A DNA stretch of 64,000 nucleotides, taken from the NCBI RefSeq assembly GCF_000143415.4, contig NW_003314340.1:800161-864160 (forward strand), read 5' to 3'. The translations under genes were made by a program, and so were the position numbers. Positions 37,604 to 50,200 of this stretch are shown here, in pieces. Origin of the DNA: Selaginella moellendorffii (lineage: Eukaryota > Plantae > Lycopodiophyta). Position 1 is the stretch's first letter. Every line of letters starts with the position of its first letter. The notes under the pieces are model-generated. The model saw only the letters and a list, made by a program, of their open reading frames with translations. It had not been told where the DNA came from and ran no database searches.

Positions 37604-39132
37604 ATGGCGATGGGGCAGAGCGCCAAACCAATGCCGCAGCTTGATCAGCAGAGCACCAAGGAGCTCAATCTCACTGTGCTCCAGCGCATGGACAAGCACG
37701 TCGAGGACATTCTCACCACCGCGGGTCACGTTACCTTCTACGAGTTCAGCATGGACCTCAATCAGTGGGTAAGGGCCTGGGCTTGGAATTCTGGGCGAGG
37801 GGTTTGGATCCTTTGCTGGATTTTGAGGCGCTAATGCTCGATCCTATCGTTATTCGCAGAGTCGAAAGGATGTAGAGGGGTCATTGTTCGTTGTGAAAAG
37901 GCAAGGATGGATCTTGTGGTGTGGTTTGTTTTTATTCTGTGTTCTTGGTGATCTAGGCGGATGCAGCCCAGGTTCCAGTTCATTGTCATGAATCGCAGGA
38001 GCACAGGTAAGAGTGATTGCAACTTTCTCTCTTTGTTTTTCTTAGACGCTAAAAAACTCTTCCTTGCTGGATTTGTTTTGACGCGTTGGTGACTGTGCCT
38101 GTCAGAGAACTTGGTCGAGGATCTCCTCAGCAATTTCGAGTACGAGGTCCAGGTGCCTTACTTGCTCTACCGAAATGCAGCGCAAGAGGTTAACGGGATC
38201 TGGTTCTACAATCCACGGGAGTGTGAAGAAGTTGCCAAGCTATTCTCGAGGTTTGTTATTTTCTCTTTTTTTTTTCTCTTGAAACGCTGAAAGTCTGATT
38301 TTGGTGCGATCTACAGGATACTCAACGCCTTCTCGAAAATTCCTCCAAAGCCAAAGCTGATCAGCCAGCCGAGGTTGTAGTAGATCTCTTCTCATCTTCC
38401 TGACTGGATTTGACATGGTGTGCTTACTGAAGCGTGCAGTAATGAATTTCAAGAGCTAGAGGCAGTTCCGACAGCGGCCATTGTGGAGGGACCACTGGAA
38501 CCAGCAAGCGCCGTTCCAGAAGAACCACTGGAGCGGTTTTTTAACGTAAGCCCATCTTCCAGTCTCACATCTAACAAACATTTCTTTCTCTTTCTGTTTT
38601 TTTTCTCTGCTTTACAGAATGCTTTACAGCTGAATGTGGATCCTCCACCACCATCTTCTCGGCCTCCAGTCGCGACAGTTCCCATTATCCGTTCGACCGT
38701 ACCACCATCTTCCAATGTAGCACCCGTCGTTCCACCCCCGGTCGCGAGCGTCCCAGCCATTACGACTGTGACTCCAGAGCCAGCCGAAGGAACTCCCGTT
38801 TTGGTGAAGCCATCCTTCTTCATGACGCCTCCAGCGTCCACGGTTCTCGCTCCTCCTCCTCCTCCTGTTCTTCAACCATCGCATGGTGCGCCTTTCCTCC
38901 AACCATTTCCACCGCCAGCTCCACCTCCATCGCTTGCTCCAGTTTCCGCGACTTTGATCACGAGGGAGGGAGTTCGGGATGCCCTCTCGCGGCTCGTTCA
39001 GGTAGATTAAAGTTGTCTTTGTTTGTTGATGGTGTTCTTACTTTCTTGTTTTGGTTTTGGTCTTTGTTTGAGCAGACTGATCAGTTTATCGACCTGATAT
39101 ACCGTGAGATGCTCAATGCACACACCAAGTAG
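37604..39132 (+). CDS. DCP1: mRNA decapping enzyme subunit 1, multi-exon
   Basis: LNLTVLQRMD..VEDIL..AGHVTFYEF, SRKDVEGSLFVVKR, PRFQFIVMNRR, YLLYRNAAQEVNGIWFYN, a Pro-rich linker, and C-terminal ITREGVRDALSRLVQTDQFIDLIYREMLNAH. Confidence 0.95.
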
Positions 39133-40109
39133 TGTGCCGTATGGTTTGTGTTTATATATGTGTATTCTGCTTGTTCAATTTTCCCTGTTAAGATTATCCT
39201 ACCTGTTTCCTTTCTTCTTCTCGTTCTTTGTACAATGCACAATGTCTCGAGTGCCGTGTCCTCGTCCCTTGACAAAGCGGGAACAGGTACATTCTCAAAG
39301 TAAAGTAAACAGACTTTAGAAGTTGCTAACAAGCGTTTCTTCCTCGCAGTTTAGAGCTACAATGCGTGAAAGGAGAGCGAGGAGCCTAACGAAAGAAAGA
39401 TCGCAAAGAGAAAAAAGTCGCAAGGATTTCAGGTGAGCAAAGTAGCTCCTAGGGGGAGCATTTTCTCGCGGAGTTTTTTGACTGCTAATGGACAGGGAGA
39501 AAGCGCCGAGTGCAAGGATCTAGGCCGTTGCTTTGGTGGGGGTGGCTATGGAGGAGGAGGAGGAGAGCGCAATATTTAGCGAAGAAAGGCAAGAGCACAT
39601 GCCGTCTCTTTGTTTGTTGCTCCTGACACTGTACATTGATCTGTCCCCTTCAGATTCGAAAGCGGTGGTGGGATGGATCCAAATCCGCTCGCTCTTTGGC
39701 AGGGAAAACGCAAAAAGAAAGGGACACTTTCCAGTCGAGCGACCCCGCAAAATCCACGAACGTCGTTCGTTGCGCTCCAGCCAGCCTCGGATCTACCAAA
39801 GAATCAGCTACATGATCATGGGAGGCTCGAGATGATCGAAGAGAGAAGACAACTGCGAATCTCTGATGGGGCCGGAAAATTGTCCCTTTTTTCTCGCTCA
39901 ATTATGCTGCGCAATTCATGGCGCGTTTTGGACCAACTTTTATTCACATTGAAAGATTGCTCGCTCTCGCCATGATCACAGAAGCTCTCGCCATGATCAT
40001 AGAAACGGTAGCAAAGGAAACTAAAAGAGGCTCTATCGTTTTGAATTGTAGAAGCTATAGAACACAGCCCCCGTGCCCGATCGATCGCGATCCCGCTCGA
40101 ACCAGTGGG

Positions 40110-40664
40110 TCACCAGAGCACCCAATTCAGAGCTGCAGCGACCCACAAGCCCAGAATCGCGAAACTCGCCATGGAGCTCGCGGGAATTCGCGGCGGCGTG
40201 GAGGAGGAGTAGCCATTCTGGACCTTGATGTAGGCGGTGATGGTGTCGCGGTTGCGCACGGGGATGAAGGGGATGCTCTGGACGGGAATGTAGTCGTGGT
40301 ACTGGTAGCAGGAGGAGGTGGGCGCATCAAACACGACCGCGGAGCAGGAGCAATCGGTGGTGCACGAGTCGAGGCAGTCGGCGGGCGAGCAAACCGTTGG
40401 AGCCTTGGAGGTGATGTTGAAGTACGTGACATAGGCGATGTGGAGATACGTGAAGGCCTTGCCGGTGTCGAAGATGCACGAGTAATTGTGATCCCATTTC
40501 CCCTCCAGCGACACCCCTGCTGCGGCTGGAGTCGCGGATTTGCTGCTTGGTTCTTCCGGGAGGATCCTCGCCTGACCCAGAGCTCTTCCAGAGGCTTGGA
40601 GCGCCGAGAATTTCCAGAGGATGAGAAGGGAGAGGAAGAATTTCGATCTGGCGGTGGTGGTCAT
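40110..40664 (-). CDS. Small secreted PAN/apple-domain protein, probably GPI-anchored
   Basis: N-terminal signal peptide; CLDSCTTDCSCSAVVF....SCY and AYIKVQ typical of plant PAN_AP domains; hydrophobic C-terminus with no cytosolic tail. Confidence 0.75.
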   Translation of the reverse strand: MTTTARSKFFLSLLILWKFSALQASGRALGQARILPEEPSSKSATPAAAGVSLEGKWDHNYSCIFDTGKAFTYLHIAYVTYFNITSKAPTVCSPADCLDSCTTDCSCSAVVFDAPTSSCYQYHDYIPVQSIPFIPVRNRDTITAYIKVQNGYSSSTPPRIPASSMASFAILGLWVAAALNWVLW

Positions 40665-42099
40665 GGATGGATCCTTGGTCTGATCTATCTACACTTGTCA
40701 CTACTGCTTCGAGTGTTTCTATCTATCCGTGCGAGGAGAGGAGAAATTCTCACGCTATTCTTGCAATTGACGTCGCCATTCGAGGGAGGGAGAGCGAGAG
40801 AGGAGAAGGGGGCAGGAAAAATTCAAGCGATGGCAGAGGGGTGTAGGTAATGCCCGATTTGAGGAAGCGATTAGAACATAAATTTAATCAAGTGGAAAAC
40901 GTACGTAGAAAATGGCCGTTGCTTTTTATGAATGGATGACGTGTACAACGATGTACAACGTGCAGTCCATGTCACTGCACCTGGTCACCACGCGGAGATT
41001 TAGTCTGCATCTTCTCCAACTTTTCAATTTCAATTCTTTTCACCTTATCATGCACAATTAAAAAGAAAAGCTTCTTCTTCTTTGTTAGCAGCATCCTGTT
41101 CTGTGCAAATCTGGAGAGCAAGCAAGTATTAGCAAATATCATGTTTACCTCCACAGCGCTCCATCCCTCTCCTACATAATAAACAGTAGAATTAACCACC
41201 ACTTATAAACAATTGCAAACATCATTGCTAAGATATATAATTCATACCACCCAAAGAGTGCAAACAGTCTATATTTGCCCAAAATATCCTGAATCTGTCA
41301 TGTGGCTTTCATAGTCTAAGTTCTTTCAAGAAATGCAGAAGTAACTATAGTAGGGGAGGCTAAGCAAATCGAAGGCTATTGTCTGATTCATTTATGTTGA
41401 AAGTTTAGTAATTAATTTCTTTTGTGATTTTTTAACCTAATGTGATGATTATTGATTTTTTCAATTTTGGGATGGACTCATTCATCAACAGTTTGTGACG
41501 ATAGTCATGAATACAAAAGCTTTGTGAGGTTTAAGAATCTTGTATTTGTATGTATTTAATGGTGAAATGTAATTATGTGTTGTCAAAGTGTGGCATAACA
41601 CCCTAGCAATAAAGCACTTTCCACAAGATATTAGAATTGATTTAACAATAATTTTGGTAATCCCATATGCTCAAATATGCTGAAAACTTTATTTGTACCC
41701 ATGATATATGTTAGAAAATTAAAATGTCATGATATGCTTCAAACTAAAATGTTGTGACATACTTTTTTTTGTACTTGTCCAACCTTTTCTTTTTACTCTA
41801 AGGCCTTAAATTTTTATTTTTATGAATTTCTTTATTGATCTTTCACCTTGAGGATTTCACACTGTTTTTATTGTGGTTATTCTTGTTATGGCCGACTCAT
41901 TTTTCAAAATCTTTTTGAGGATTTGATAATGTTTTTTTATTGTGGTCGATTAATTTAAAATGGCACATTTTCTTGCCAATGTCATAAAACAATTGATAGA
42001 GAACAACTAACTTAACTTATTTATAAAGAGATCATAAGTATTACAAATCCAATACCAAAGGTAAGCAAAACGCTCTTCCTTGATCACTTGGAAAAGTGA

Positions 42100-42530
42100 T
42101 TTTTGGATTTGCTTCATGATCAATGGCCACACTTCAATTTGGTGCTCATCAAGGCACTCTCTTTCCACATCACCACCAGCAATGGCAAGATTGTCATTGC
42201 CTACAATGCCGCATCTGGGAACTGGCAATGGAGAACTTACACTGACAACATCGCCTCACAGTACTACTGATCATGTTCCATGCAATCCTGTCCCTTGCCA
42301 GCATCAAGTGGAAGATCACTAGCACTTTCTGATGCCCAGCACGGGCAAATATGGCGAACAATGCGGTCTAGAAGACACGATTGTGCTGGGGCATCAGGTC
42401 GAACAAAGAGTTGGACTCTCATAGCTCTCCGTGCTGCATGCTCGCCGTCAAGACTGCATTCCAGGAGACCAGGTTGCGATCAGGCACGGCATAGAAGATC
42501 TCTTTGGCATTTACAAGATGCCTCTTAGCG
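42100..42530 (-). pseudogene. PPR pseudogene fragment
   Basis: Broken PPR motifs (WNAVLTASMQHG, LFDLMP, RDRIAWNMIS) with stops; becomes AT-rich toward 41200. Confidence 0.5.
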
Positions 42531-42589
42531 GCAAGTGCTGTAACCACTGTGTTCCACACTAAGAGATCGTGCTCCAGCATGCGATCAAA

Positions 42590-43510
42590 ACAATTTTATG
42601 CTTCGGAAAATTTCCCGCATTGACAGTACGCAGCTAGCATGGCAGTCCGCGAAACAATGTTCCTCTGCGGCATATCGTTTTTGCTTCTGCAAATTGCCTG
42701 AGGTTGGCATATGCTGCAAAGATGGCGGTCCACGACAACTGAGGAATCCAAGCGCTTGTTTGATTGCATGCCGCAGCTCGATCACGTGTCCTGGAACGCG
42801 GTGCTCGGGGCCTACGCCCACAATGGCCACTGGGACGAGGCCGTGGCGCTCTTCTCCGCCATGCCCGCTCTGCGAGTACGGTCATCGCAGCATGATCCAC
42901 CACGCGAGCGATGCTGAGCACCTATGCCTGTAACGGGAATCTTGATGAGGCTTGGCATATCTTTGACTGGATGCCGGAACGCGATGTTTTTTTCATGGAA
43001 CTCAATCCTCTCAGCAAATGCCCAAATCGGGCATCTGGAACATACGAAGTTTCTGTTTGATACAGAATTTTTTTATTAAAGGCCAGATAAAGATCCGATT
43101 GCCTGGAACGCAATAATTTCCGCCTATGCGCATAAAGCGCTATGGTGCGATCAAGGTTGAAGAGGAGAGACCGGGCGATCGTTGCTTCACCTTGGTTCTT
43201 CTCGTGTGTGGACGCACTGGAAAAGTTTGGGGTGGCTTTCGTTGCTTCGCGGAGATGGTGATCGATTATGGGATCGTTGCAAACAAGCTCCAGTACCGAT
43301 GTATGATCGGCCGGGCATCTGAGAGAGGCGAAGGAGCGTATCGCAAGCATGCCATTCGAGGCGGAGGTGATGGACTGGCGATGTTTGCCGGGTGCATCGA
43401 CGAGCTACAGCAATTTGGAACATGGTGCTCACGCAGCTAAGGCTCTCTTGGGTGGCCAAAACGAAGATTCAGCCGCCTATGTCCTTGCGAACATGTATGT
43501 GATGAAAGAT
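42590..43510 (+). pseudogene. PLS-E PPR pseudogene
   Basis: LFDCMPQLDHVSWNAVLGAYAHNGHWDEAVALFSAMP; FAEMVIDYGI...QYRCMI; E-domain MPFEAEVMDWRCL...SAAYVLANMY; multiple frameshifts. Confidence 0.8.
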
Positions 43511-43580
43511 GGATCGCCCAGGAAAAGTATGATCTTCTCGAAGAGGAGGAGGAGGTTGGCTGAGAGTTTGTGATGACGCG

Positions 43581-45125
43581 ATGGTTGCTCTAGCTCTAAG
43601 AACTGAATCACCCTGCTGCTCTGGCTCCGACCTCGACAATTCGAGGGCGAGATATCGCTCCAACTTGCTGATTCACAGGTATGGGAAGCTTGGAAACCTG
43701 GAGCTTGCGCGCGAGGCTTTTGAGGCCATCAAGCATCCCAATGTTTTCTCGTGGAACCTTTTCATCGCGGCGTGTATTGACAATGGGAGCTTGCGGGAAG
43801 CAAGAGAGGTGTTTGACAGGATGCCTGCGACGGACAAGGACATTGTGTCCTGGAACACAATGCTGCGTGGGCATTTCCAGCTCGGTAACCTTCGTGAAGC
43901 TATGGCGGTGTTTCAAAAGATGCCGGAGAGGGACGTCGTTTCTTGGACTACTGTCCTTTCTGCAAATGCCCAAGAAGGTCATTTTGAAGTTTCAATTGCC
44001 TTGTTTAACATGATGCCCGTACGTAGCGTGGTCAGCTGGAATACTCTTTTGCAAGCGTACACATTGTTCAAAAAGATGGAAGAGGCTCGCGATTTGTTTC
44101 TCTGCATGCCTTACCGAGATGTTTCAACGTGGAACACAATGATATCTGGAAATGCCGTAGCGGGGCATTGTGCTGAGGCTCAAACATGCTTTAAATCCAT
44201 GCCAGAGATGGACGTGGTTTCATTCACGGCAATGATGAAAGCCTTTGGCGAGGCTGGGGACTTGCAAGGAGCGCAAAAAGTATTTGATTCCTCTCCCGCG
44301 AAGAACATCGTGTGCTGGAGCGCCATGGTAACCGCGTATGCCCAGCGTGGGCATCTGGAAGATGCTAAGTGCCTGTTTGACAGGATGCCTGAATGGAACA
44401 CGGTGGCCTGCTCGGCCTTGATCTCGGCCTACGGCCAACAGTTCCATCTCGAGGCAGCCACGCAGGTGTTCTTCGAATACATGGCCGAGTGGAGCACGGT
44501 TTCCTGCAATGCACTCTTGACCGCTTACTCCAAAAGCCGCCACCTCGAGGCAGCCATACAGATGTTCGACGCCATAGCCTACCGTAATGTGGGATCCTGG
44601 AACTCGCTGCTCGCAGCCTACGCCGATAACGGGAGCCTCGAAAACTCAGCAAAGGTATTTGCAATGATCCCCGACCGCGATCCCGTGTCCTGGAGCTCCA
44701 TGATCACAGCCTACGCTCGATCCGGGCGCTGTAACGAAGCCACCAAAACCACCCAGCTGATGCAGCTCCAAGGCTTCGCGCTGGACAGCATCGCATTCCT
44801 GGGCATCCTCAACGCTTGCAAGCAACGGGGGCTCTTGCGGGAGGCTTACTCGTACCTGGGGCTCATGGTGGCGGAGCACGGCATGGAAGCGTCGGCGGAG
44901 CACTATGGAGCGGTCATCGACGCCCTGGCCGGATCGGGGCTCTTGGGCTGCGCCGAGGAGCTCGCCGCCAGCCTGCCGCTGGGATTGGACGCCGCCGGGT
45001 GCGCGTCACTGCTGGGAGCTTGCCGGATCCACTGGGACGTGAGCCTTGGAAGGCGGGTTGCGCAAAGGATGAGCTCCAGCAGCCCCGCGCTCTACGTAAC
45101 ACTCTCCAATGCATATAGCAGCTGA
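43581..45125 (+). CDS. PLS-class PPR protein rich in short (~31-aa) motifs, with E domain
   Basis: 514-aa ORF of tandem DVVSW...F..MP units ending HYGAVIDALAGSG...SLLGACRIH...LYVTLSNAY. Confidence 0.92.
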   Translation: MVALALRTESPCCSGSDLDNSRARYRSNLLIHRYGKLGNLELAREAFEAIKHPNVFSWNLFIAACIDNGSLREAREVFDRMPATDKDIVSWNTMLRGHFQLGNLREAMAVFQKMPERDVVSWTTVLSANAQEGHFEVSIALFNMMPVRSVVSWNTLLQAYTLFKKMEEARDLFLCMPYRDVSTWNTMISGNAVAGHCAEAQTCFKSMPEMDVVSFTAMMKAFGEAGDLQGAQKVFDSSPAKNIVCWSAMVTAYAQRGHLEDAKCLFDRMPEWNTVACSALISAYGQQFHLEAATQVFFEYMAEWSTVSCNALLTAYSKSRHLEAAIQMFDAIAYRNVGSWNSLLAAYADNGSLENSAKVFAMIPDRDPVSWSSMITAYARSGRCNEATKTTQLMQLQGFALDSIAFLGILNACKQRGLLREAYSYLGLMVAEHGMEASAEHYGAVIDALAGSGLLGCAEELAASLPLGLDAAGCASLLGACRIHWDVSLGRRVAQRMSSSSPALYVTLSNAYSS

Positions 45126-45462
45126 AAATCTCCGCCTGTCAAAAGACTTGAGCGAGAGGGATCTCTGAGCGAGAACTTGAGGCTGTTGCTGCTACTGTTG
45201 GTGGTGATAGTGGTGGAGTGAGAGTGAGAGTTTGCTTCTTCTTGAGCGCCTCCGCCGCCAAAATAAAAACAAAAAAAAAAAAAAAAAAAGGTGGATGTCG
45301 TCACTTGCTTCGTCAAACAAATGCCGAAACACATAAAGGATTGACTTAGTCGCTGAGGGTGAGGAGCACCAACTGTTTAGCCGGCAATTCTTAGCTCGAG
45401 CATCTCTTCTCTATCGTTTTGCCCTATAAATTTCTATTCTCATAGTCGGCGGCGGGCCGACT

Positions 45463-47097
45463 ATGTGGTTTCACTCGCTACTCTCCCTTTTGCTGCTAGT
45501 CCCACTGCGATCCATCCGCGCGCACCAAGAATGCCCCTCCTCCTCTGCTGGCGATGCCGCGATCGCAAACTCCACGCTCTCTAGCATCGGCGATGGCGAG
45601 GACATTCGAGAATGGCTGGTTGGAATCCGGCGGCGCATCCACCAGCGCCCAGAGCTGGGCTTCCAAGAGTTTGAGACGAGCGCGCTCATCCGGGCGGAGC
45701 TAGACGCGCTGGGCGTGCCGTACGAGTGGCCGGTGGCGGGCACGGGTGTGGTGGCCACCATCGGTACGGGTGGGCCGCCCATCGTGGCCCTGCGAGCCGA
45801 CATGGACGCCCTCCCTCTCCAGGTAATAAAGCAAATCTTACTTCTCCCGCCTTGGTAAAACTCACGGTAAAAATCTCTCTTTGCGAAGGAGCTGGGCAAT
45901 CCCGAGTACAAGAGCCAGGTGGCCGGTAAAATGCACGCCTGTGGCCACGACGCCCACGTGGCGATGCTGCTGGGTGCCGCGCGACTCCTCTCCCGCCCCG
46001 CCGCGGTACCGCGCGGTACAGTCCGGCTGCTCTTTCAGCCCGCCGAGGAGGGCCTCTACGGCGCCCTGGCCATGGTTGAGGGTGGCGCGCTGGGTGACGC
46101 CCAGGCCATCTTTGGCATCCACGTCACCTCCGAGAGGCCGGTGGGTACCGCCAGCAGCCGCACGGGACCCCTCCTCGCGGGCGCCGGGTTTTTCACCGCT
46201 ACCATCACCGGACGTGGAGGCCACGCCGCCTTGCCGCACAAGACGATAGATCCCATTCTCGCAGCATCGATGGTGGTGGCTAGTCTTCAGCAGCTCGTCT
46301 CCCGCGAATCCAATCCTCTCGAGAGCGAGGTAAACTCTTCACATTTCAATGGTATGACTGTACCGCGCGGTACCGCGTGCTGCACAGGTCGTGTCCGTGA
46401 CGTCCATCCAGACCCCCGACTCTTTCAACGTCATTCCTTCCACGGTGACGCTCAAAGGGACTTTCCGGGGCTACAAGAAAGAAGGCCTCAGGCGACTGAA
46501 AACCAGAATCGAACAGGTTGGTTTCTCGTCCCAGCTTTGCTTGATCTTCCATCTCGATCTTCTCCGCAGCAGATCTTCTCGTCCCAAGTTTGCTTGATCT
46601 TCCATCTCCATCTTCTCGCAACTTTGCTTGATCTTCCATCTAGATCTTCTCGTCCCAAGTTTGCTTGATCTTCCATCTCGATCTTCTCAACTTTGCTTGA
46701 TCTTCCATCGATCTTCTCGGCTTCGCAGGTGATCACCAGCCAAGCTTCCGTGCATCAGTGCTCGGCCAGCATAGATATCAGTAACTTGCAACCCGCCACC
46801 TCCAACGATCCGGAGCTCTACCACTTCTTCCAGGGAGTCGCGAAGGATCTCCTGGGAGAAGACAAAGTGACCGAGATGGAGCCTACCATGGGAGCCGAGG
46901 ACTTTGCTTTCTACTCGGATCACGTCCCAACCATGTTCTTCTTCCTGGGAAGTGGAAACGACGCCAAAGGATTCGACAACCGGCCACACTCCCCATACTT
47001 CGACTTGGACGAGGATGTTCTACCGATTGGAGCGGCCATGCACGCGGCGCTCGCGACAAACTACATTGAAAAGACAGCCACAGTTAGTGACATCTAA
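45463..47097 (+). CDS. IAA-amino acid hydrolase ILR1-like (M20D amidohydrolase), 4 exons
   Basis: Signal peptide; [74 protein letters not shown]. Confidence 0.95.
46525..46720 (+). repeat. Intronic tandem repeat (tttgcttgatcttccatctcgatcttctc)n
   Basis: About five copies in intron 3 of the ILR1-like gene. Confidence 0.85.
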
Positions 47098-47278
47098 GTT
47101 AAATTCAAGCGTCGAAACCTCTACAAGAGCCAGCCTTGTCTGGTAAAGAAAAACTATTCACAGAAACTTATATTCAAGTCAGTAACAACCCAAAATCTCC
47201 TCCAGCAACAAAGGAAGTTACCTCGAGCACCAAAGCAGTAGCATAGCTAGATAGATCTACACGAAGGAATCGATGCTT

Positions 47279-50200
47279 TTATAGGTAGACGTGCCGAACG
47301 TCACCCGCGCCAAATCCTACTCCGCAACCCGGGCATTTCCTATGCCTTATTTCCAGATTCCTCTGAATACACGGGTTGCAGAATAGATGGAGGCACTTCG
47401 TAATCGCCACCTGAAACACGGAAAAGAGGCCCTTGAGCAACACAAACAATCGATGAAGGTGAATGTACACGTACCTCTTTCTGTCGGTCGTGGCAAACGC
47501 TACACTTTAGTAGCGTCCTGTATTTGTTTACTTCTTCCTGCAGCTTCTCCACCAGTGCGTTCTCTTGAGCTGTGGTATGCTTGGTTTTCAGTACGGTCAG
47601 TTCATTCTCAAGTCGCTTCTTCTCAAACCTGCAGCAAGCGAATTCAATACAAAAGCCAGTAAATATAGACAGGGTACCTTTCGTTCTCCAGTACTACCAG
47701 GACATCGTTCGTCTTTTCTCCACGTTCTCGGAGCTCTTTGTCAGAAACTTCCAAAGCGGATCTTAACGATTGGACCTCCCTCTCTGCCTCCGCCAATTTG
47801 CGCCGAGCGACCTCCACAGCCGAATTACTGTGCCGAGTCTCATCAGCTGCCTTGGTAAGCTGGTCCAGTTGTAGACGAACCTACACAAGAAATAGAATGT
47901 TAATGTAACGAAAATGACGATAACAATTGAGAAAAACCTGCTCTTCGAAACGAGCAGCCCTTTGCTTTTGCAAGTCGGCTGCAGACGTTGCAAGCTGCAT
48001 CTTCCCAGATATCGACTGTTTCTCAGCAACAAGAGAGGTCTGCAACTGTTTCGCTTTCAAGCTTTCCGCCACAAGCTGTAAGCGGAAAATTAGTCTCATT
48101 TCTAGCTAACGTGAATCTAACAAACCTTTGTATTGTAATCATCCCTTTCGGATATCTGCTGCAAAAGCCTTTGGTTTTGAGTTTGCATGTCTTCATATGC
48201 TTGCCCGATAGTCTGTTTAAAAAGAAAACTACAGACATAAATGTAAGAAAACTAAAAATCTTACCTCGATTTCAGATATGTAAGCATCTCCTTCTTCACT
48301 TTTTGCCTTAATAGTTTCTAGCAGCTCCATCTTATCTCTGAAAAACAGTGTAAGAATGTCTAAAAGTTAAAAAGTGCCACAATGAACCTGTCAGAAACAT
48401 CCAAGCGTTCACGAAGTTCAGCAATTTCTGCTTCAGCTGCCGCAAGTCTTTGCTGGCAGGCGGCCTCCGCCTCATTCGCTGTCTTTACGCGAAGTTCAAG
48501 GCTGTGTTCATCCAAGGCCTCCTGTAAACGTTGTATTTGGGCTCGAGCTCTACATTCTGATTGCTGTATTTCTAGAATATCCCTGCAGAGAAAGCACCAG
48601 ATTAACAAGCTTTTGAAGAAAGAGAGTTGAAGGGCAACAGCACACCTGCTTTCTATTGACTCCTTTTCATACATATCTAGTATAAGCTTCAACTCCTGCT
48701 CGCTTTCTTTGAGAACGCGAATCTGTAATCGACCAATACCTTAAGAATCTGACGAAAGATAGCAGAACTGACCTCTTCTTTGAACACGTCTGCCTCAATA
48801 GCCTGATCTGCTAGCTTCTTCGAAAGATTTTTAAACTCGAATTTCTGTCAAAACGTTTATATATAAAGGATTCTTGTAATCATAGAGAATAGTACCTTTC
48901 TTTCAAGAACCGCTGCCATAGAATGGGAGTCTGCTCGAAGACTGCACACTTCATGGGCAGCATCTTTGTATTTGTTAAGCTGCAGTTGCATCATCCCCAT
49001 CTCCTTGTGAAGTGTACTTATCATTAGCTTGAGCTCCGCAACAGTGTCCTTTCTTCCTGAGGTTATAAAAAAGAATAAGCGATCACAGGAAGGTCCCAAA
49101 ACTCATACCAGAAAGCTGATTTAATTCTTCGACTCTTAGCTGTAAATCATCTCTATCGGCCATACATTGTTGTAACTTCGCCTCCAAAGCTGTGATCCTC
49201 GATTCCGCAACAGCTACGTCCCTCCGGGCAGCTTCTCCAGCTTCAGCTTTCAGGCTCACTTCTTTCTCGTGTCGTAATGCACTATCACGCTCAGCCTACA
49301 GCAGAGTTCTGGCACTTCAACACACTGGAAAATGGATGCCAGTCGGAATGACTTCTTATGTAGCTAGAAAAACGAGTTCTCACCTGAAACCGTTCCGCAT
49401 TTGCTTGGCATCGGTCGAGTTCCGCCTTGAAGAACTTCAACTGATCTTGCAGTAGGAGGTAGGGCCTCGACGATATAACCCGTTGCTCGTCAATATGAGA
49501 ATCCTGTGGGTGTGAATTCAGTGCCACTGAATATAGCATAACAAAGTAATGCGGAAACCTGTAATCGGCGTAGTTGCTCTGCCAGATTGAGATTCTTTTG
49601 ATGTGCCTCTTGAAGATCAACGAGCCGGCACTCCGATAAAGCCTGAAATCAAAGCAGTAAGAAACTGAGAACCAACACGTTGGACATACCTTAGTTCTTT
49701 CTAAAAGTTCTTCAAGATCTCTAATATCTTTCGACGTCTTATACACTCCACCCTTTTCTCCTGGTTCTTTTGTCACGGCACCAGGTGTTGGCGGCCCTGG
49801 TGGCAAATCTTTCTGATTCCTTAAAGCAGCAGCGAGCTTTCGCCTACTCGTGTCCAGTTCTGCTAGCGTATCTTCGAGCTCACCTGAAAGATGCCGACCC
49901 TCAGCGTAGCACTAAAACATATAAAAACTAGCTTACCAGTTAATCTTCCTATTTCAGCTCGATCCTTCAAGCGGGAATCCTCCATAGCCGTCATTGCAGA
50001 GCTAATTTCTTTATGCTTGAGATGGAGTGCTTCCATCGCTGTTCTCAAACTTTGAGTTTCAACCAGCAAATCATCATGAGCCTTTTGAAGGGCCTTTCCA
50101 GCAACTGAACAATGAAAGCATAAAAAACTGGACAAACACCACTTGAGATACATACCATCAGAAGATAGTTGATTCTTTAACATGGAGGTGAGCTCGTCAT

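Noticed and set aside
39918-40850. 310-aa plus-strand ORF
   Set aside because: It is the antisense shadow of the GC-rich PAN-domain gene and has no recognisable motifs
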